A stretch of 64,000 bases of DNA from Mytilus edulis (Eukaryota). Location: assembly GCF_963676685.1 (NCBI RefSeq), contig NC_092346.1, positions 90,458,001-90,522,000 on the forward strand. The letters run 5' to 3'. The notes under the pieces were generated by a model, which made no database searches, had not been told where the DNA came from, and was given only the letters and a program-made list of their open reading frames with translations. The position numbers and the translations under genes were made by a program. Below are positions 58,101 through 64,000 of the stretch, piece after piece. Within the stretch, counting starts at the first letter, position 1. Each line of letters opens with the position of its first letter.

Positions 58101-60680
58101 ACTACACAATGAACAATATAGCTATTGTATATACTAGAACTGATAAAAGTGTAAGTACATTGATACTTACACTGGTATTAAAGAAATAATCGTAACTGGA
58201 ATAACGATTATCCCAATATAGCGACGGCAAATATAGGTAAAATCTTTACAGTCATTTTTCTCAAATGTAGCATGCTTTTGACAATAGTTACTCAGCTGCA
58301 AGGTTTGTCTTTACCATTACATCATATTTGAAGCGTAACGGTGCACTGGAATTGTCTAAGCGTTTCAAAAATTGCTGTTGAAAAATTCGGGATGATAATC
58401 GTAACTCGGAAAAAAATAGTCGTAATTATGGTATTAAAAAATGAAAAAGATAATTGTAACTGGATAGTGTTCTATTGATATTGAAACTTAAAACGTATAT
58501 CTAATAGCATATGATGATAATTATTATGGCGATGAATTAATCACGAAACGTTCAAACATCTTTTACTATTTCTTTGTATGCATATATTATTAATAGTTCT
58601 AATAAAAACAGCTACATAGTAGTATATAATAAAACTGTAAAGGTGAACAAGCTTCAAGAAATTTGGAATTTGGAATGAGCTATGTTAAAATATACAGAAA
58701 TTAGCAAGAACTAGGAATATTTTTTTCTAATATTTGATTTAGCTAGACATTTTTCATAAAGGAACTTTAGCATATATTTAATAGAAAAATGCAATAAAAA
58801 AATTTGGATTTAAGCTCACAATTTGCCTCCGAAAGAAGCAAACATTTTTGTTAAAAAAAATTTCTGTTGAAATTATAAGAGAAATAGCGGGAATATCGAA
58901 ATAAAAAAAGAACTAAATTGCAGAAATCGCTTAAATTTTACAATTATTTAGTTTATATACACCTTATTTGAATTTTTTTTTAAAATAATGGTCACCGATG
59001 ACTTTAAAAAGATACTTTAATTTGTCAGAAAATAAATATTAACCATACCAATTTAATTATCATTATAAAAATATGACATCCTTAAAAAACATGTAATGCT
59101 ATATAAGTCTAGTGAAAGATTTGGGATGCTTTGTTATGAAGTTAAGCACATTTTAACATGGAGTTCATTGGAAAACGGATTTGTGTTCTTTTTTATTTTT
59201 GCCAAAAGCCCGAAAATTAAGAAATAAAATTGATGTGGCTTTAAATTGTCCGACAAGAAATACTTATTCAAAGAATGACTGCAATTTTGAGAGAAAAAAA
59301 ATAACGCATATTCCGCCATATTAGAAACAAACTACTAGTAGTCCAAAAATTCATAAATACTTGTTATATGAATGAAAAGTATGCTGCATACATATGCATG
59401 GAAGATATTGTAGAGAAAAATATTTATTTGTGGACGGCGATATTTATTTAAATATAAGGAAAAGGGAAATATAAACACTCATATCTACCGATAAAAGAAT
59501 CAACTGTTAAATCCGATAATGCAGTTATAAAGTTATTGTTGGAAACTTTTGTTCATTTTGAGTAGAATTTTAGAATACACGTGATTTTAGAGGCAAAACA
59601 TATGACATATGGATATGTGGTATACATGACTTTCATTTTGAGCAATGAATTGACAGGATTGCACTTTTTGAATGTTGATTATAGCTAAGCCACTCCAGTT
59701 CCCCCTCCAAAAAAAAATGAGAAAAAACAACAACAAAAAACGCGTTCACAACATTGAAATTTAAAAAAAATATAAAAATATCTACTTACCACAATAATTA
59801 ACTGACTCGACAGCTGCTTCACATGTATATATATATAGTAAAAGGGTATGCATATTGTTGTCAATTATAAATATAGATATATAAGTAAATTTGGCCTAGA
59901 TGTTAACCTGTAAGTTTCTTCATTTTTTTTTATTTGCGTTAAACTGGACATTTGCATTTTTGACACACAAAATATCAATGAAATGCTGAAAGACACATTT
60001 ATTATGTTTTCGTTACTATTATCCGATAACGAAATAACGATGATCAAAGCAGAAAAATGCCATAGAGTTACGATTATCATCCCGAATTTTTCAACGGCAA
60101 TATTCAAAGCGCTTAGACAATTCTAGTGCACCGTTACGCTTCAAATATGATGTAATGGTATAGAAAAACTTTGCAGCTGAGTAACTATTGACAAAAGCAT
60201 GCTACATTTGAATAAAAATGACTGTCAAGATTTTACCTATATTTGCCGTCGCTTTTTAGGGGTAATCGTAATTCCAGTTACGATTATTTCTTTAATACCA
60301 GTGACCTAGAAGACGACTTATTGAACATGTTTTATTTCTCAAGAAATGTCAGAGATATAATTTACTAATTCGGATAACATAATAAAGCTAAATCATTCAA
60401 ATAGTATATATATTTTTATTATATTCAATTAGATTGTTTTTGTTATTCATTAGTTATTGAATTGTATATAAATCAAACTTACTGTTTAACAAACAAACAA
60501 ACAGCATGCATGCCTATTTGAAAATGCTGATTGTCTGGATTAACTAGTTGAACTATAGTGGTCAGTGTCTTTTCAAATCCACCAGTATTTGTTGTATTTA
60601 GATTTCTCAGCATTATCTCAGAACGTCTATCTATTTTCAAATCTTTAGAAATGGATGTTCCTTCTACAACAGGTTTCTTG
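18951..60680 (-). CDS. Large multi-exon, probably extracellular protein (5' end outside window): 3x paired Cys-containing beta-rich (Ig/cadherin-like?) modules, 3 EGF and 2 C-terminal ShKT domains; ~914 aa in window
   Basis: 29 GT-AG exons chain with consistent phases into one ORF of 2746 nt (1 nt + 915 codons incl. TAA): 60483-60680, 56495-56547, 52171-52196, 51338-51450, 48858-49019, 43809-43861, 43146-43256, 42628-42750, 41962-41999, 41410-41507, 39951-40112, 38745-38788, 37566-37588, 35398-35513, 34346-34516, 33124-33179, 31361-31474, 30956-30990, 29544-29641, 28617-28781, 27499-27545, 26009-26040, 25532-25638, 24233-24394, 23626-23675, 22678-22854, 20801-20836, 20678-20689, 18951-19114. 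Exon sizes, phases and Cys motifs recur three times. No TM segment seen. Confidence 0.88.
20678..20689 (-). CDS. Minus gene exon 28, candidate 12-nt microexon
   Basis: ttcttattAG|TAATCGCTCATG|GTAAGT, phase 1-1 (LIAH); not needed to keep the frame. Confidence 0.45.
20801..20836 (-). CDS. Minus gene exon 27 (linker)
   Basis: ttgcAG|...|GTGAGT, phase 1-1, GAPQSQLLPTIA. Confidence 0.7.
21588..21750 (-). mobile_element. Degenerate retrozyme fragment, hammerhead core deleted (CUGAUGA to CUGA)
   Basis: Aligns by eye to 80-240. Confidence 0.7.
22678..22854 (-). CDS. Minus gene exon 26, ShKT domain 1
   Basis: Phase 1-1, GCTDYEDINFSCRNWNNSIGICRTTYGPVHTIARHRCPRFCSLC; CxD...C...C...CxxxCxxC ShKT pattern. 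Confidence 0.92.
23626..23675 (-). CDS. Minus gene exon 25 (module B, exon c)
   Basis: Phase 2-1, IPGETRCFYVIYMEYT. Confidence 0.88.
24233..24394 (-). CDS. Minus gene exon 24 (module B, exon b)
   Basis: Phase 2-2, CPFVKQ...NCTTDVTF...RFCFNIYLP. Confidence 0.9.
24594..24633 (+). ncRNA. Hammerhead copy with stem III reduced to CG and a stem II mismatch
   Basis: GCGUCA-CUGAUGA-GUAU(ugugu)AGAC-GAAA-CG-UA/UGGCGU. Confidence 0.65.
24670..25032 (+). repeat. Interspersed repeat family (cattgccataaaagcgggagg...tatactactgttgcctttatt); also at 10220-10480, 41750-41865, 47770-48135
   Basis: Several similar copies in the window. Confidence 0.75.
25532..25638 (-). CDS. Minus gene exon 23 (module B, exon a)
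   Basis: Phase 0-2, PYFITPTIPHDSVTQCVPGKSCHALLFMSGG. Confidence 0.9.
26009..26040 (-). CDS. Minus gene exon 22 (linker)
   Basis: ttgcAG|...CAG|GTGTGT, phase 1-0, DSYQHQVETSQ. Confidence 0.75.
27499..27545 (-). CDS. Minus gene exon 21 (module A, exon c)
   Basis: Phase 2-1, LTSDEFCFEVEIKSP. Confidence 0.88.
27607..27645. repeat. Perfect palindrome, 19-bp arms, 1-nt spacer
   Basis: AACTTGTGTAGGCTTAGTT-C-AACTAAGCCTACACAAGTT. Confidence 0.95.
28617..28781 (-). CDS. Minus gene exon 20 (module A, exon b)
   Basis: Phase 2-2, QPSVRYGPVEAGL...GVHKTCVQTGDTR. Confidence 0.88.
29544..29641 (-). CDS. Minus gene exon 19 (module A, exon a)
   Basis: Phase 0-2, PGASIGDHVLPQKVVCVLHEECSIPFTVTSSS. Confidence 0.88.
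30240..30447. mobile_element. MITE (Tc1/mariner-like, TA TSD)
   Basis: TA|CTGTGGATTCATT...AATGAATCCTCAG|TA; repeated TTCGTG motifs. Confidence 0.85.
30956..30990 (-). CDS. Minus gene exon 18 (linker)
   Basis: tttAG|...CAG|GTAAAT, phase 1-0, AHGNSLTAPHSQ. Confidence 0.78.
31292..31372 (-). repeat. 28-29-bp triplication spanning the donor of exon 17
   Basis: TGTCAGCTTG|GTAAGTAC, CCGGTTG|GTAGTAC, TGTCAGGTTG|GTAAGTAC. Confidence 0.85.
31361..31474 (-). CDS. Minus gene exon 17, EGF domain
   Basis: Phase 1-1, ARGPCSRLICMNQGFCNGKDSNGFCQCSSGYSGLTCQL. Confidence 0.93.
32066..32439 (+). mobile_element. Full ~356-bp retrozyme monomer bounded by an 18-bp direct repeat
   Basis: TACTTTTGATAACTATTT at 32066 and 32422; reverse complement of the unit at 74-428. 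Confidence 0.88.
32360..32403 (+). ncRNA. Type I hammerhead ribozyme (intact core, palindromic stem III); predicted cut after C32397
   Basis: GCGUCA-CUGAUGA-GUCU(uaugu)AGAC-GAAA-CGCGCG-UC/UGGUGU. Confidence 0.9.
33124..33179 (-). CDS. Minus gene exon 16 (module B, exon c)
   Basis: Phase 2-1, GEGEKRCYNITITKETLH. Confidence 0.85.
34346..34516 (-). CDS. Minus gene exon 15 (module B, exon b)
   Basis: Phase 2-2, CPMIES...PCSTDVSI...VCFTL. Confidence 0.88.
35398..35513 (-). CDS. Minus gene exon 14 (module B, exon a)
   Basis: Phase 0-2, TKPQFIAPTLPDGSSIECSVGKACHTRLWTK. Confidence 0.9.
37566..37588 (-). CDS. Minus gene exon 13 (23-nt linker)
   Basis: tttcAG|...|GTAAGT, phase 1-0, EPSKPVSH. Confidence 0.7.
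38745..38788 (-). CDS. Minus gene exon 12 (module A, exon c)
   Basis: Phase 2-1, QTADELCYSIEVTA; paralogous to TSDEFCFEVEIK. Confidence 0.88.
39951..40112 (-). CDS. Minus gene exon 11 (module A, exon b)
   Basis: Phase 2-2, PSMKKGFVDASVQV...GNHKVCVQIVNAAG. Confidence 0.88.
40795..41460 (-). repeat. ~63-bp minisatellite (~10 units) made of exon 10's 3' half plus its donor
   Basis: Unit GAGATCCATGTGAGATACCATCTGTGTTGACTGGAGATCCTAATGTAAA|GTAAGTCTTCTAAG; donor positions 41409, 41346, 41284, (41223), (41160), 41097, 41035, 40972, 40907, 40844. Confidence 0.92.
41410..41507 (-). CDS. Minus gene exon 10 (module A, exon a)
   Basis: ttgtAG|...|GTAAGT, phase 0-2, AKFIGSSLPKSIKCHLEDPCEIPSVLIGDTNA; same 98-nt size as the paralogous exon 29544-29641. 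Confidence 0.88.
41962..41999 (-). CDS. Minus gene exon 9 (linker)
   Basis: tttcAG|...|GTAAGT, phase 1-0, KTTTRLTNPATSG. Confidence 0.8.
42628..42750 (-). CDS. Minus gene exon 8, EGF domain
   Basis: Phase 1-1, GSCPATKSNQQYCKNGGHCHTDSIKKTCFCRLGYIGPHCEQ. Confidence 0.95.
43146..43256 (-). CDS. Minus gene exon 7, EGF domain
   Basis: Phase 1-1, DPCSSNPCQNDGLCVASSNGTHSCMCKLGFYGKSCEI; canonical 6-Cys EGF. Confidence 0.95.
43435..43820 (-). repeat. 40-bp minisatellite (~10 units) spanning the donor of exon 6
   Basis: Unit TGATAGTAAAG|GTRAGTTGTCATTGTGYACATATGAGACT; period 40. Confidence 0.92.
43809..43861 (-). CDS. Minus gene exon 6 (module B, exon c)
   Basis: ttttcAG|...AAG|GTAAAT, phase 2-1, QDGETRCYLLHIVADSK (GExRC motif). 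Confidence 0.85.
43911..45938 (-). mobile_element. 5'-truncated L1/Tx1-clade LINE with poly(A) tail and 16-bp TSD
   Basis: Frameshifted ORF2 C-terminus (KGGMG...; FQWKCIHRILYT...KCHLC...ETLEHLFYQC zinc knuckle); TSD AGGAAYTGTGTATTTT at 43895-43910 and 45939-45954. Confidence 0.9.
46169..46720. mobile_element. Non-autonomous DNA transposon remnant (Kolobok-like?)
   Basis: AAGGAGTAGG...CCGATTTTTG left end; partial ggccaaaaagagg right end; internal inverted aaagtggccgcat/atgcggccactt. Confidence 0.4.
47600..48135 (+). mobile_element. Degenerate retrozyme segment fused to a ~370-bp interspersed repeat
   Basis: Decayed hammerhead at 47689-47732 (CTGGTTA...GAAA), then the same downstream sequence as 24670-25030. 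Confidence 0.7.
48858..49019 (-). CDS. Minus gene exon 5 (module B, exon b)
   Basis: tacAG|...|GTAAGA, phase 2-2, CLPPVFQSDAPC...VCHSDI...EVCFQA. Confidence 0.85.
49174..49243 (+). mobile_element. tRNA-derived SINE head or pseudo-tRNA
   Basis: A box TGGTGTAGTGG, B box GGTTTCGATTCCC, loop CT-TCT-AA; acceptor stem does not pair. Confidence 0.6.
49699..50171. mobile_element. MITE with ~55-bp imperfect TIRs
   Basis: TA|CAGAATGTGTTTTCAGTCTTG...CAAGGCTGAAATCACATTCTG; internal part related to 21190-21350. Confidence 0.75.
50695..51332 (+). mobile_element. CR1/L2-clade LINE 3' end with (TCTTA)n tail
   Basis: SYEDLL...RRIRTMALETFKIIN...YGKKSFKFAAPTLWNSLP; AATAAA, then TCTTA x5. Confidence 0.88.
51338..51450 (-). 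CDS. Minus gene exon 4 (module B, exon a)
   Basis: ttgcAG|...|GTGCGT, phase 0-2, NNGRLFESPTLPGGSEIVCVDKFCHINLY; homologous to FIAPTLPDGSSIEC...CH. Confidence 0.85.
51563..52060 (+). mobile_element. Hairpin-ended element with three 73-bp internal repeats (copy 1)
   Basis: GATCAAGTGTG units at 51650, 51723, 51796; ~65-bp inverted arms around GGCTTCACC. Confidence 0.75.
52171..52196 (-). CDS. Minus gene exon 3 (26-nt linker)
   Basis: ttttttcAG|...AAG|GTAAGT; phase 1-0, as required between its neighbours; VVLKRLNFK. Confidence 0.65.
54238..55228. mobile_element. Non-autonomous DNA transposon with short GGATCTTT TIRs and dispersed CCACTACGAAACG motifs
   Basis: GGATCTTTAATTT...AAATGAAAGATCC; motif at ~54277, 54464, 54622, 54821, 54845 and reversed at 54668, 55021. 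Confidence 0.6.
56495..56547 (-). CDS. Minus gene exon 2 (module A, exon c)
   Basis: ttAG|...|GTATGT, phase 2-1, GTVQTDYRCFIINVKLD. Confidence 0.8.
57325..57660 (-). mobile_element. HINE-like remnant
   Basis: tttttgtcgagc end, (GTC/GGC)n microsatellite, two ~185-bp related units. Confidence 0.5.
58170..60303. mobile_element. Non-autonomous CACTG-ended DNA transposon with ~240-bp TIRs
   Basis: CACTGGTATTAAAGAAATAATCGTAACTGG...CCAGTTACGATTATTTCTTTAATACCAGTG; 58170-58408 inverted at 60065-60303. Confidence 0.88.
60483..60680 (-). CDS. Minus gene exon 1 in window (module A, exon b)
   Basis: tttatAG|...|GTAAGT, phase 2-2, KKPVVEG...GMHAVCLFVK; resembles GNHKVCVQ and GVHKTCVQ in the later repeats. 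Confidence 0.8.
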
Positions 60681-60871
60681 CTATAAATAAATGTAAACTG
60701 TAAATCTTTAAATATTAGAATTGGAATTCACATACTAGAAAATAGATTGTAGCTACAAAGTATGAGATCTCCAATCCACTTATAATATTGATTGTGCATA
60801 AAGTTTTGTTATTCAAAATGTTTTATGTAGTAACAGATGAACATTAATAATTGATTTAAGAATTTCATAAG

Positions 60872-61042
60872 AGAACTGTGCGCCTCTCCTTGCCGACCTC
60901 TTCTTATCTTAATATGAATCGAAGTTACTTGCCAAAAACAAGAAGATCAAGAAGCCTGATTATTTAATTTTACTTTCAGATATATTGATGATGTTCTTTC
61001 CATAAACCATCCAAACTTTTCTGATTGGGTTCCCTTAATATA
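60872..61042 (+). mobile_element. Penelope-like RT fragment
   Basis: NCAPLLADLFL...FNFTFRYIDDVLSIN catalytic motif. Confidence 0.8.
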
Positions 61043-61327
61043 TACGGCCTTCAAAAATGAGCAATGCCCATACCGCATAGTCAGCTATAAAAGGCCCCGA
61101 TAAGACAAAGTTAAACAATTCAAACGAGAAAACTATCGGCCTTATTTATGTAAAAAAATTAACGAAAAACAAATATGTAGAACAAACGACAACCACTGAA
61201 TTACAGGCTCCTGACTTGGGACAGGCACATACATAAATAATGTGGCGGGGTTAAACATGTTAGCGGGATCCCAACCCTCCCCTAACCTGGAACACTGGTA
61301 TAACAGTATAACATGCGAACGAACTAT

Positions 61328-62746
61328 AACAAGAGGCTGTCACAACGACAGCAAACCGGATTTATTAACATTTATTTTTATTATACTTCACGTCAAAATG
61401 CCAGATTTTTATGGCTAATACGAGGGTGTCAATTGACTCTATTACCCTTCATAGAGACGCTTGATCAAGTGTGCGCTTTATTAAATACGACTCTATCCTA
61501 TGACAAATACTCTATCACCCTTCACAGAGACGCTTGATCTAGTGTGCGCTTTATTCAATACGACACTATCCTATGGCAAATACTCTATTACCCTTCACGG
61601 AGACGTTTGATCAAGTGTACGCTTTATTGAATACGGATGGTTATGTACAAGATGTCACAGTTTATTACTTTGAATTAAAAAAATCGACAGTAATAACAGA
61701 ACATTCAGTATAATAAATTAAATAACACATAGCTAAGAGGGTGATAGAGCAGATTGGAACCCCTCGAAAAGGCATTGTCAACCTTGGCTTCGCCGCGGTT
61801 GACAATGTTTTCTCGGGATACCAATCTGCTCTATCACTCTCTCAGCTATGTGTTATTTATATAGTGTCCTGGCAATATCACAAGAACCAATACTGATGAA
61901 TGGTGAAAGTGAAAATCGTCAATATCAAATTTGACCTCCAATTTGTCTTCAGTATCAACATATTAAAATTTGAAAAGCTTAGATTGAATGGTTCATGAGT
62001 AAATGCAACACCGTTAATGGAAACGCCAATTTATGATCTTTCAAGAACCATAACTCCTGAATGGTAAAGGTCAAAATCGTCATTATTGAACTTGACCTCA
62101 ATTTTGTCATCAGTAACAACATATAAAAATTTCAAAAGCTTTGGTTGAATGGTTTATGAGAAAATGCACGGACATGACTGGAAACTCCACTTTTCAATCT
62201 GTCAAGAACCGTAACTCCTGAATGGTAAAAGTCAAAATCGCCATTATTCAATTTCACCTTTATTTAGTTGTCAGTAACAACATATTAAAATTTCAAAGCT
62301 TTGGTTGAACGGTTCATGAGTTAATGCACGAACATGACTGGAAACACCATTTTTCAATCTTTCAAGAACCATAATTCCTGAACGGTACAAGTCAAAATCG
62401 TCATTATTGAACTTGACCACCATTTTGTCATCAGTAACAACATATTAAAATTTGGGTAGCTTTGGTAGAACAGTTCATGTTTAAATGCACGGACACGACT
62501 GGAAACTCCATTTTTCAATCTTTCAAGAACCATAACTCCTGAACAGTACAAGTCAAAATCGCCATTATTGAACCTGACCTTCATTTAGTTGTCAGTAACA
62601 TCATATACCAATTTTAAAAGCTTTGGTTGAATGGTTCATGAGTTAATGCACGGACAACATTTGATTGCCGCCCGCCCGGACCGCCCGCCCGCCGAACATC
62701 CCCAAATCAATAACCGACATTTTTGTCACAACAATCCGGATAAAAA
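61328..62746 (+). mobile_element. Helentron/HINE-like element with ~160-bp tandem array and CGCC microsatellite, interrupted by a nested element
   Basis: AACAAGAGG start; TCAAGAACCATAACTCCTGAA at ~62041, 62202, 62362, 62523; (CGCC)n at 62668-62693. Confidence 0.8.
61375..61862 (+). mobile_element. Hairpin-ended element with three 73-bp repeats (copy 2), nested in the HINE
   Basis: Highly similar to 51563-52060; hairpin centre GGCTTCGCC. Confidence 0.78.
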
Positions 62747-64000
62747 TCAGTTGAAAAAGGCTTAACTTATCAGATGGACAAAAAATACAAGTGGACGTGG
62801 CCAGGTTAAATATAGTTTTATCAAAGTTTTAAGGAAAATAAGGGAGATAAGAAAGCACAGTGACTGACTGCGTACAAAATGCAAAACCTTAGTTCATACT
62901 TATTCCAAAAATATCAAGTACCAGTAATTGTACATGAAGTAAGGCAAACTTGGCTACTTCCGATTTACAAAAAGTAAGTTCTTGTTGACCTATATCAAGG
63001 TCATATATATCTGTTACCCGATTTAAAAGACTTGTTGACATTATCTTGAACCAAGGTCATTAAACAAGTACCGCAAATTCAAAGACTGTAGGTCTCTACT
63101 ATATATTGTCATTGGGTTATATTATCACACATCTTATAAAATATATAATTCTTCAATTCAATGTCTACGTACCCTATCAACTAAAATGTATGTGTTACGA
63201 CATGTCGCAACTAACAAGTCTGTAAAATCATGTTGTCGATATCTTAATAGATTTCTGTAAAGAAGTTGTAACTAAGGCAAAATAAAACAATTGAAAATGA
63301 CCTTGATCTTCGGCCTTGACTTCGTATTCATTACTATGGACCAATGACCTCAAATCTAAACACACTAAGAATCTTTCACAAATAGTTTGCCAGTTACAAA
63401 TATATTTAACTTAAATTTAATATAAAATGGGAAAGAACTATCATATGGAATCTTTAAATTGATTCGGTCAAAATTAAACAAAACATCCTAAGGATGTAAT
63501 GTGCAATTTGGCAAAAAATAATTTCTCGGTTTCTTAAACGGTTGCGAAGTAGAAGAAATAGTGTTTGGGAGATAACTCTTATATGAAAATTATTCGGTCA
63601 AGCAGTGTCAGTTTCAAAAGCGTATACATGTTCAATATCATATTCCAAATGTCTAAAAGAGGGACGGAAGATACCAAAGGGACAGTCAAACTCATAAATC
63701 TAAAACAAACTGACAACGCCATGGCTAAAAATGAAAAAGACAAACAGAAAAACAATAGTACACATGATACAATATAGAAAACTAAAGAATAAACAACACG
63801 AACCCCACCAAAAACTAGGGGTGATCTCAGGTGCTCCGGGAGGGTAAGCAGATCCTTCTCCACATGCGGCATCCGTCGTGTTGCTTATGTGATTACAAAT
63901 CCGGTAAATAGTCTAATTCGGTAGGTCAATTGACATCTTGACAAAAAACAAACAGTGGAAGAAAACAATTAGGCGAAATAAAAAACTGATAATTAAAAAC

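Noticed and set aside
59790-59815. Exon of the minus gene (strong GTAAGT donor at 59789)
   Set aside because: It lies inside the CACTG transposon, and both candidate acceptors give an in-frame stop.
1-64000. Most 60-120-aa ORFs in the supplied track
   Set aside because: Low-complexity F/I/L/K translations of AT-rich introns or repeats. Only those overlapping reconstructed exons or retroelement ORFs are meaningful.
60681-64000. 5' exons or start codon of the minus gene
   Set aside because: The region is mostly repeats and no phase 0-2 module-A exon was found, so the gene start is presumed to lie beyond the window.

Overview
This is an AT-rich, intron- and repeat-rich animal genomic window. 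The repeat families and gene types point to a bivalve, probably a Mytilus mussel (inference). Almost all ORFs in the supplied track are spurious; the real genes are spliced and were rebuilt by hand from GT-AG signals and phase continuity. (1) A plus-strand 7-exon gene at 5265-14645 encodes a small MEGF10/Draper/SCARF-like EGF membrane protein whose cytoplasmic tail is cut by three in-frame TGA codons that look like decayed CGA. (2) A convergent minus-strand gene has at least 29 exons at 60680-18951, with its 5' end outside the window. It gives about 914 aa in one open frame: three repeats of a paired Cys-containing beta-rich module, 3 EGF domains and 2 ShKT domains, ending in ...LFGRK*. Introns and flanks contain a ~355-bp hammerhead-ribozyme repeat (non-LTR retrozyme type), three CAC-ended EnSpm/CACTA-like non-autonomous elements, Penelope, L1/Tx1 and CR1 fragments, Helentron/HINE-like arrays, SINEs and MITEs. 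The most unusual observations are: three independent tandem amplifications of exon-end plus 5' splice site in the same gene; a hammerhead-shaped motif on the opposite strand of the retrozyme; a recurring hammerhead-headed composite element; and an orientation bias of intronic hammerheads. All coordinates were read by eye and may be off by a few bases.
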